The notes beneath the pieces were generated by a model, which was not told where the DNA came from, searched no databases, and worked only from the letters and a program-made list of their open reading frames with translations. Below are positions 8,116 through 14,530 of a stretch of 32,000 nt of DNA, piece after piece. The position numbers and the translations under genes are program-made. Source of the stretch: Zestosphaera tikiterensis (GTDB taxonomy: Archaea > Thermoproteota > Thermoprotei_A > Sulfolobales > NBVN01); the NCBI GenBank assembly GCA_003056265.1, contig NBVN01000001.1, positions 180,001-212,000 on the forward strand, written 5' to 3'. Within the stretch, counting starts at the first letter, position 1. Every line of letters starts with the position of its first letter.

Positions 8116-8541
8116 ATGTTTGACGTTGCAGAATATTCTAGGTGGATGGAGAGCGCGAGGAGGACTTTGGGATCTGCCCACGGAGATTTAGAGCGAGGTG
8201 ACTTTAACTGGGCTTGCTTCAAAGCTCATCAAGTCGCTGAGAAGGCTCTCAAAGCGTTGCTGTGGGGGGTGGGGGCCCCTACCCCTGGACACTCGCTACC
8301 AAAGCTCCTTAACAAGGTAAGGGAGGTGCTATCAGTTGAACCTCCTCAAGACGTGTATGAAGCCTGTATAAGGTTGAACAAGTTCTATATAGCTGCGAGG
8401 TATCCGAATGCGTGGAGCGAGGGAATTCCAGAAGAGTACTACTCACGTAGCGAAGCAGAGGAGGCTATACGCTATGCTGAAGTAGTCCTGAAGTGGGTGG
8501 AGGGGATATGGAGAGAGTTGTCGAGGTTAGGAGGAGGCTAA
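8116..8541 (+). CDS. HEPN domain protein (HEPN-MNT module 1)
   Basis: 141 aa. QVAEKALKALL, GHSLPKLL and the ...YIAARYPNAW blocks are typical of the small HEPN partners of minimal nucleotidyltransferases. It overlaps the downstream MNT gene. Confidence 0.85.
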   Translation: MFDVAEYSRWMESARRTLGSAHGDLERGDFNWACFKAHQVAEKALKALLWGVGAPTPGHSLPKLLNKVREVLSVEPPQDVYEACIRLNKFYIAARYPNAWSEGIPEEYYSRSEAEEAIRYAEVVLKWVEGIWRELSRLGGG

Positions 8542-8906
8542 AGGAGGAGGCTATTAGAAGAGCTAAGACGTTCTCCGAGTGCGTGAAGAATAAGTTGGGG
8601 AAAGTGACTACTATGGTCTTCGGTAGCTATGCAAGAGGAGACTTCAATGTTTGGAGCGATATCGATGTACTTGTGGTCGTCGATTCGGTTCTACCCAAAA
8701 ACCCGCTGAGGAGGCTCGACATAGTTGAGGAGTGTCTCCTTGCTGTAGGTGTCGTTGAGCCGATAATTCTCACAATCAATGAGTTCATGGAAAAACTACG
8801 TAAGAAGGATCCGGCGGTCGTGGAAGCAGTTGATGAGGGTATAGCAATATTAGACGACCTCGAACTGAGGAAGCAGATAGAAGAGGATTCAAGGACTTTT
8901 AACTGA
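8508..8906 (+). CDS. minimal nucleotidyltransferase (MNT, pol-beta superfamily), module 1
   Basis: VFGSYARGDFNVWSDIDVLVVV contains the GSxxRG and DxD motifs. The ATG at 8508 is preceded by GGTGGAGGGG. It overlaps the HEPN gene by 34 nt. Confidence 0.85.
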   Translation: MERVVEVRRRLKEEAIRRAKTFSECVKNKLGKVTTMVFGSYARGDFNVWSDIDVLVVVDSVLPKNPLRRLDIVEECLLAVGVVEPIILTINEFMEKLRKKDPAVVEAVDEGIAILDDLELRKQIEEDSRTFN

Positions 8907-8964
8907 AGACCCTTCGAATCGTGCGTGATGTATACTTCTAAACCTCCATATTGTCCTTTCACGA

Positions 8965-9115
8965 TAAGGATGAAGAATCCTGAACCCCCTCTGCCTTCGC
9001 CCCAGGGAGTTTAAGGCGATGAAGCCAGCTCCCCGAAAGCAGGGGTGGAGGAAACCATGAGAAATGAAGGCAAAAACAAAAGGATCAGACCTCTAGAGGA
9101 GAGAATAGGATTAGG
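8965..9115 (+). repeat. G-rich intergenic element, copy B
   Basis: Reads AAGGATGAAGAA, CCTTCGCCCCAGGGAGTTTAAGGCGATGAAGCCAGCTCCCCGAAAGCAGGGGTGGAGGAAACCATGAGAAATGAAGG. By eye it aligns with copy A (inverted) and copy C. Confidence 0.55.
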
Positions 9116-9337
9116 AAAAGAAGTATAGAGGGCTATACAGAACATCTCTAGTGATAGCTTATAACACAGTATAATAATAATAGAAACTATATTGCTGAGA
9201 AGTGTAATGAATACATTGCCGCCCAGCCGTAGCGCTAAGATACGAGTAAGTAACCTCTTCCTAACATACAGTACTGGAGACTATGGATCGTGCTTACATT
9301 AAGGTAGTTAATTATTGATTAGCTAAGATATGTTTAG

Positions 9338-9769
9338 ATATTAGGGTGGGGATTTCTGGAGAGGTTTGAGGAAGCGAGGAGGTGGTTTGCTCAAGCACTT
9401 AGGGATGTTAAGGCGGCTCGCGATAGTGTTGATGATGGGAATTACGAGTGGAGTAGTTTTCAGTCACATCAAGCAGCTGAGAAGGCGTTGAAGGCATTGC
9501 TTTACGCGCATGGGAGGAGTGCTTGGGGGCATGGCTTAGTAGAACTCCTAGATTATTTGAGGGAGGTTGAGGAGGTAGGTAGTGAGTTATATGTAGCTGC
9601 TAGAGAACTTGATAGGCACTACATACCGTCTAGGTACCCGAACGCTTTCGAGTCTGGATACCCGGGGCTCTACTACGATGAAGTAACTGCTAGGAGAGCC
9701 CTAGATAGCGCTAAGCTCATAATTGATTGGGTGAGAACACGTTTGAGAAGTCTTGGATTAGCGCTGTAG
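9338..9769 (+). CDS. HEPN domain protein (module 2) with no in-frame canonical start for the full-length domain
   Basis: The frame is open from 9338 and encodes ...FLERFEEARRWFAQALRDVKAARDSVDDGNYEWSSFQSHQAAEKALKALLYAHGRSAWGHGLVELL...RELDRHYIPSRYPNAF..., colinear with HEPN1 from its N-terminus. The first in-frame ATG/GTG/TTG is the TTG at 9488, which would delete helix 1-2. The GTG at 9346 is one nucleotide out of frame, just before a G4 run. Confidence 0.7.
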   Translation: MLGWGFLERFEEARRWFAQALRDVKAARDSVDDGNYEWSSFQSHQAAEKALKALLYAHGRSAWGHGLVELLDYLREVEEVGSELYVAARELDRHYIPSRYPNAFESGYPGLYYDEVTARRALDSAKLIIDWVRTRLRSLGLAL

Positions 9770-10137
9770 AGGAGGCGGTGAAGAAGATCAGGGAGAAGGT
9801 AGGGCTTGTGGAGGCAGTCATAGTCATCGGTTCCTGGAGCCGTAGTGGTGGAGGTGTGTGGAGCGATGTTGACGTACTCGTAGTTACCGATGAAGTAGAA
9901 GGTATGAACATCCTAGATAGGTTCGCTATAGCTTCCGAGCTCGACCTACGTAGGGTGGACGTATTCATGTACAGTTACAGTGAGTTAGAGTCCATGGCTA
10001 GGAAAGGCAATCCCCTAGCACTATCAGCACTCATAGAAGGGGTTAAGCTGATTTCAAGTAGAAGGGTAGATGAGTTAGCAAGGCGCATATCCAAGCACTA
10101 CATCAGGATAGGGAGGATGTGGAAAGCCGTAGACTGA
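9727..10137 (+). CDS. minimal nucleotidyltransferase (MNT), module 2
   Basis: VIGSWSRSGGGVWSDVDVLVVT contains the GS...G and DxD motifs. TTG start at 9727 overlaps HEPN2 by 43 nt. This is the same architecture as module 1. Confidence 0.8.
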   Translation: MGENTFEKSWISAVEEAVKKIREKVGLVEAVIVIGSWSRSGGGVWSDVDVLVVTDEVEGMNILDRFAIASELDLRRVDVFMYSYSELESMARKGNPLALSALIEGVKLISSRRVDELARRISKHYIRIGRMWKAVD

Positions 10138-10231
10138 AAGAAGAGAAATGACTCCAGAGGCTTGCTCTCTAGAGCGATCGACAAGCTGTGGATATATAGT
10201 CGCAACCTGTTCTGTATAATTCCTCGGTATT

Positions 10232-10625
10232 CTTAAATGTTTTAATTACTTTCTGTATACTCTTAAGTTTATGTGTTGGTTGAGTGGTTTTGTTTGGTGT
10301 TGGTGAGGGGTTTATCCACCTATAGGGTAGGTGGATCCCTGAGGTAGTATCGTAGAGATTAGGGGAGAGAGTGGGTAAGCGTGTGCGGGGGTGCTTGGGT
10401 CACCCCTAAGAGCCTCTGCTGTGAAGGATGAAGCCAGACAGAGCAGAGGAACAAAACATGAGGGGATGAAGAAAGTGATTAGGGAAATCGTTCAGACCGA
10501 ACCCTTAATGTATCAGTGTACCGGAACTAATATATGACCCTCCCCCGCTTTTAAAGGCGGGATTTTCGCTGCTGGGTCTTGAGCGATACCCCTCTCCTTA
10601 AGGGAGTTACGGGACACCACCAATC
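10232..10625 (+). repeat. G-rich element copy C: promoter-like box plus a hairpin-rich segment, with no downstream plus-strand gene
   Basis: CTTAAATGTTTT at 10232-10243. Hairpins at 10314-10336 (ATCCACCT/AGGTGGAT), 10388-10406 (GGGGTG/CACCCC), 10413-10449 (CCTCTGCT/AGCAGAGG), 10544-10561 (CCCGC/GCGGG) and 10566-10586 (TCGCT/AGCGA). Motifs GATGAAGCCAG (10427), CATGAGGGGATGAAG and GGGAGTTA (10602). Confidence 0.55.
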
Positions 10626-10829
10626 ATCGACCTTTAGATGATCTCAAGGCTTCGTGTGGGAGGCATTATGTAGGTTGCGTGTATGCTTTAGTTGATATTG
10701 CTTAAGTTTTACCTCCTACACATCAGCATTATCGCCGAGAATAAATTAGAAGCAATTACATAAAAACCTTCCCATTCCCGTCATAAATAGCGAAGCCTCA
10801 AATAAGTTGGTGAAGTTTAAAATGCTGGC

Positions 10830-11564
10830 TTAAACGGGTTTTGTTAGGAAGCCATTCCTTCTTAGGAAGTCTATCGCAATGTTAACTACTTCATCTTCCT
10901 TACCTTTAAGTAGATGCCCACCGCCGCGGATTATATGGAGTTCTGCTGTGAAGCCCTTCTCCAAGAGTTTCTTAAGCAGTAATTGCGACTGCTCTAAAGG
11001 TACCATAGTGTCTGAATCGCCGTGGATTATGAGTATATAGCCTGTCATCCTATCCACGTATGTTATCGGGCTGGATAGCTCGTATATGTCTTTACTTTCT
11101 TCCGGCGTTCCTATAGAGGATTTGACTAGATCTGCTACGTACCTTTGCGGGGTCCCCTTCTCAAACTTCGACAGGAAGTAGTATAGGTGGGCTAAGTCAA
11201 CCCATCCAGCCACGTCAATAACGAAGGAGACCTTCTCCTGAGTTGAGGTAAGTAACGCTATCGTACCACCTAACGAAACACCGAATAAACCCACTCTAAT
11301 CGGGTCTACGTTATCCAACGTTTTAATTTTCTTAAGTGCGTTAACAGCTACGTAAACTCCGTCGCTAGCGTCCGTATATTTAGGTGCTAAAGCTACGAAA
11401 CCGTTCTCAGCGAATTTCCTAGCGAAAACTTCAACGTCGTCCGGCGTTTGATTAAACGCATGTAAGACAACTACCCCCGGGTATCTACCCGGTTCCTTAG
11501 GCGTTACGGTATAGCCTATCATATCCGTTAATTTAGCCTTAACCACTTCATGCCTAAGCAACAT
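10830..11564 (-). CDS. alpha/beta hydrolase (dienelactone hydrolase / S9 peptidase-like)
   Basis: Nucleophile elbow GVSLGG, acid motif IHGDSD and histidine motif GGGHLL in canonical order. The ATG is preceded by AAATATTTAACTATTT about 25 nt upstream. Confidence 0.85.
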   Translation of the reverse strand: MLLRHEVVKAKLTDMIGYTVTPKEPGRYPGVVVLHAFNQTPDDVEVFARKFAENGFVALAPKYTDASDGVYVAVNALKKIKTLDNVDPIRVGLFGVSLGGTIALLTSTQEKVSFVIDVAGWVDLAHLYYFLSKFEKGTPQRYVADLVKSSIGTPEESKDIYELSSPITYVDRMTGYILIIHGDSDTMVPLEQSQLLLKKLLEKGFTAELHIIRGGGHLLKGKEDEVVNIAIDFLRRNGFLTKPV

Positions 11565-11624
11565 TTAAACCGCCCTCCGAAATAGTTAAATATTTGGTAG
11601 GTAATTATAGTTCTTGGTGGTTAG

Positions 11625-11865
11625 ATCTCACCTCGGATGTGGAGGGAAGGTGGGTAAAGCTCCGAAGGAGGTGGGTGTGAAGCCCTAGGCTTAAGATGTG
11701 TGGTTTCCCCTAAAGCTCGAGCGCCCCCATCACGTGGTGATTAAGGAGGTGATCCCTTGGTGGGGGACGCAAATGAGGGCTTTAGGCGGGGTTGCCACGA
11801 ATGGGGGTGAGGGCTGTAATATGCCACCGATGAACTCAAGAGGTGGCTGAACCTAATGAACCCCA
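11625..11865 (+). repeat. G-rich intergenic element, copy D
   Basis: GGTAAAGCTCCGAAGGAGGTGGGTGTGAAGCCCTAGG aligns with copy A GAAGGAGGG...TATGAAGCTAGG and with copy B GCTCCCCGAAAGCAGGGGTGG. AATGAGGGCTTTAGGCGG aligns with copy E AATGAGGGTATAGAGG. TATA-like GTAATTATAG at 11601-11613. Confidence 0.5.
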
Positions 11866-11866
11866 A

Positions 11867-11900
11867 AGCCTACATAGGCTTACAAATGCCTATGTAGGCT
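11867..11900. promoter_or_regulatory. perfect 13-bp inverted repeat AGCCTACATAGGC-N8-GCCTATGTAGGCT upstream of the ZIP transporter gene
   Basis: Arms at 11867-11879 and 11888-11900 are exact reverse complements. The repeat lies about 30-60 nt upstream of the TATA-like GTAAAGTTAAATAA (about 11927-11941) and 77 nt upstream of the ATG at 11977. Confidence 0.6.
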
Positions 11901-11976
11901 AAACCCCTATTTCTAATATGTGTTTGGTAAAGTTAAATAACTCTATGTTTTAAGTTGTAAACAAGGATGGTGTGCT

Positions 11977-12747
11977 ATGCTTGAGGGGTTAGTTACCGAG
12001 AGTTTGTTGGTTAGGATCTCGTTAATTGCTTTAATACCTTTCGCAGCAACTGTTTTCGGGTCTTTAATCATATTTGTAAACTATAGGTTTGGTGAGGTGG
12101 GGTTAGATTTCGGGTTGGGGTTTGCGGCCGGGGTTATGATTTACGTGACTTTCGTTAATCTTTTAATACCTTCTATAGACTACGGCGGTATAGTTAATTC
12201 CTTAACAGGGTTTGCGGTGGGTGTTGCTTTAGTTAAGGTTTTAGATGTTTTAATACCTCATACGAGACTTATTAGGGCTCCAGGCGGGTCTAAAGACCGT
12301 AGAGCAGTAGCTAGGGTTGTTTTAATTGCTTTAGCTATAGCGATTCACAACATACCTGAGGGTCTTGCCGTAGGTAGTTCCTCCGTATACAGCTTAAGCG
12401 ATGGATTCGCTGTTTCCTTAGCTATAGCGCTTCAAGACGTTCCTGAAGGGCTTGCCGTAGCTGTTCCCGTAGCTAACTACAGTAAGTCAGCTTTTAAAGG
12501 GTTTTTAGTGGGTGCTTTCAGCGGTTTTACGGAGTACTTAGCTGCTTTCATAGCTTTAGTGGCTGTCTTAGATTATGAGATCTTAACCCCGTTTATGATG
12601 GCTGTCTCGGCTGGAGCTATGGTTTATATCGTGATTCATGAGATAGTTCCGGAGGTTTTCGGTCATGAGCATGACGAACCAGCAACGCTTGGTTTCTTCT
12701 TAGGGTTGTTGTTGGTTATGGTGTTGAGTTCTTCAGGTTATGTTTAA
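11977..12747 (+). CDS. ZIP family divalent metal transporter (ZupT-like)
   Basis: 256 aa and polytopic. Duplicated HNIPEGLAVG / QDVPEGLAVA motifs and a C-terminal HEIVPE are characteristic of ZIP/ZupT. Confidence 0.85.
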   Translation: MLEGLVTESLLVRISLIALIPFAATVFGSLIIFVNYRFGEVGLDFGLGFAAGVMIYVTFVNLLIPSIDYGGIVNSLTGFAVGVALVKVLDVLIPHTRLIRAPGGSKDRRAVARVVLIALAIAIHNIPEGLAVGSSSVYSLSDGFAVSLAIALQDVPEGLAVAVPVANYSKSAFKGFLVGAFSGFTEYLAAFIALVAVLDYEILTPFMMAVSAGAMVYIVIHEIVPEVFGHEHDEPATLGFFLGLLLVMVLSSSGYV

Positions 12748-12784
12748 TCTTATATTTATCTATAGTGTAGTATGAGGTGTTGAC

Positions 12785-13519
12785 TTGACTGAAGCTAAAC
12801 GCGTTAAAGACGAGGTTAGGAAACGGATATGGGATTTAATGGTTGAGTTAGGCATTGCTACATTCCCTAAACCACCGCATGGTAGGATACCTAACTTTAT
12901 AGGTGCTGATTTAGCAGCTGGTAAAGTATTCAACACCGATTTATGGAGGGAAAGCAAGGTCGTTGAAGTCTCTCCAGACAGCCCTCAAAGACCTGTAAGG
13001 TATAGAGCTCTTTTAGAAGGTAAAACCCTACTTATGCCCACACCAAAGCTTAAGGAAGGCTTCCTTATTTTAAACCCCAACGAAATCCCTAAAAACGCTT
13101 TAAACGAAGCATCAACAATAGGCGGGGCTTTTAAATACGGTATACTCGCCTCAGACATTAAAACATTAAGTAGGTTAGGTAAAGTCGACTTAATAATCAC
13201 CGGTTCAGTTGCGGTAGACATCTACGGAACTAGATTAGGTAAAGGCGGGGGTTATTCAGACCTGGAGTACGCAGTCTTAAAAGAGTTGAAGCTCGTAGAC
13301 GAAAACACACCAATAATCACTACAGTACACGATATTCAACTAATTAAAGATAAACTACCTAGGGAGAAACATGACGTGCCGGTAGACCTAATAGCAACCC
13401 CCACCAAACTCCATAAAGCTTTAGAGCCGACGCCGAAACCTAAAGGCCTATACAAAGACTTACTCAACGACGAAACTAAGAATATACGCATAATAAAGCA
13501 GTTAACAACGCTTAAGTAA
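12785..13519 (+). CDS. 5-formyltetrahydrofolate cyclo-ligase family protein
   Basis: 244 aa. The GTRLGKGGGYSDLEY block and overall layout match the MTHFS/COG0212 family. TTG start with GAGGTG 7 nt upstream. Confidence 0.7.
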   Translation: MTEAKRVKDEVRKRIWDLMVELGIATFPKPPHGRIPNFIGADLAAGKVFNTDLWRESKVVEVSPDSPQRPVRYRALLEGKTLLMPTPKLKEGFLILNPNEIPKNALNEASTIGGAFKYGILASDIKTLSRLGKVDLIITGSVAVDIYGTRLGKGGGYSDLEYAVLKELKLVDENTPIITTVHDIQLIKDKLPREKHDVPVDLIATPTKLHKALEPTPKPKGLYKDLLNDETKNIRIIKQLTTLK

Positions 13520-13597
13520 GTGAACGCCATTTAATCATAAAAACTTCACTACATATAGAATTTACTTGGCATACGGTAAAAATCTGACGTAGAAGCT

Positions 13598-13608
13598 AAA
13601 GTTTATTA
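13598..13608 (+). promoter_or_regulatory. TATA/BRE-like box AAAGTTTATTA upstream of livH
   Basis: Ends 26 nt before the GTG at 13634. The identical 11-mer recurs before the binding-protein gene at 17042-17052. Confidence 0.5.
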
Positions 13609-13633
13609 GGAGTTTGGCATTAAAGTTCTGTAG

Positions 13634-14530
13634 GTGATTGGAGTGGCTGACCCTGGATACTTAGCTTTTTACATAGCTACCGGACTCTTACTAGGTACTT
13701 TCTACGGCTTAGCTACAGTAGGCCTTAGCTTTACATTCGGTATATTGAAGATACTTAACAGCGGCCACGGTAGCTTCATAATGATTGGTGCTTACGTTAG
13801 TTACTGGAGTTTCGTAATTTTAGGTTTACCTCCTCTGGTATCGGCTCTCTTGGCTTTTTTAATAGGTTTTATGTTAGGTCTTGGTTTATATTACGGCATA
13901 GTATCACGCATACTTGGAGGACCTGAACTCATTTCCCTCGTTTTGATGTTTGCTATGGGGATATTACTGCAGGAATTCGCTAAGTTTGTCTGGACCCCCA
14001 CGATCAGAGGGTTTACGTGGGATCTCGGTCGCGTAAGTCTCTTTGGGTATGCGTACCCCACAACGCGTATCGTTGGCGGTGTGGTAAGCGCGGTAATAGC
14101 CTTAGGTCTTTACATATTCCTCTATAGAACGAAAGTCGGAAGAGCTATAAGAAGTGTCGTGGAAAGTGCTGAAGGAGCGACTTTATGCGGGGTTAACGTT
14201 AATAGGATTTATGCCATTAGCTTGGCGATAGCTTTAGGGTTAACAATCGCAAGCGGTGGTTTAGCAACTCTTTATGTTTCAGGAGGTATAGAACCTTACA
14301 TGGGTGATCCATACACAACTAGGGCTTTCGCCATAGCAGTTTTAGGAGGTCTTACATCACCGTTTGGTGCGTTCATCGCAGGCCTACTCTTCGGAGTTAT
14401 AGAGAATCTCTCCTACGTTTTACTCTCACTAACCAACGTGGCCAATCCATTCTCTATGACTAGGTTTATAGCCTTCGCTATGATTTTAGTTGTGTTGTTA
14501 GTTAGGCCTCAAGGAATTATGAGGAGGTGA
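13634..14530 (+). CDS. livH: branched-chain amino acid ABC transporter permease (LivH-like)
   Basis: 298-aa polytopic permease. It is first in a permease-permease-ATPase-ATPase-SBP block. GTG start. Confidence 0.85.
   Translation: MIGVADPGYLAFYIATGLLLGTFYGLATVGLSFTFGILKILNSGHGSFIMIGAYVSYWSFVILGLPPLVSALLAFLIGFMLGLGLYYGIVSRILGGPELISLVLMFAMGILLQEFAKFVWTPTIRGFTWDLGRVSLFGYAYPTTRIVGGVVSAVIALGLYIFLYRTKVGRAIRSVVESAEGATLCGVNVNRIYAISLAIALGLTIASGGLATLYVSGGIEPYMGDPYTTRAFAIAVLGGLTSPFGAFIAGLLFGVIENLSYVLLSLTNVANPFSMTRFIAFAMILVVLLVRPQGIMRR

Noticed and set aside
6709-10625. The repeated elements as integron attC sites flanking gene cassettes.
   Set aside because: The cassette-like layout is suggestive, but the element ends do not show the RYYYAAC / GTTRRRY core sites. 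The candidates GTTTAAG, GTTAATG and GTTACGG all fail the consensus. No integrase is in the window, and one flanked gene (the hydrolase) is on the opposite strand. I keep it only as a weak alternative within the main finding.
11625-11910. Copy D as RNase P RNA or SRP RNA, suggested by its G-rich, structured look, GGTAAAGCTCCGAAGG resembling CR-I GGAAAGUCC, and GAACC...GGCTTAC resembling CR-V.
   Set aside because: The CR-I-like string needs an insertion and mismatches at invariant positions. The same string recurs in copies A and B, so it is a repeat-family feature. No SRP helix-8 or GNAR motifs were recognised. A covariance-model search would settle it.
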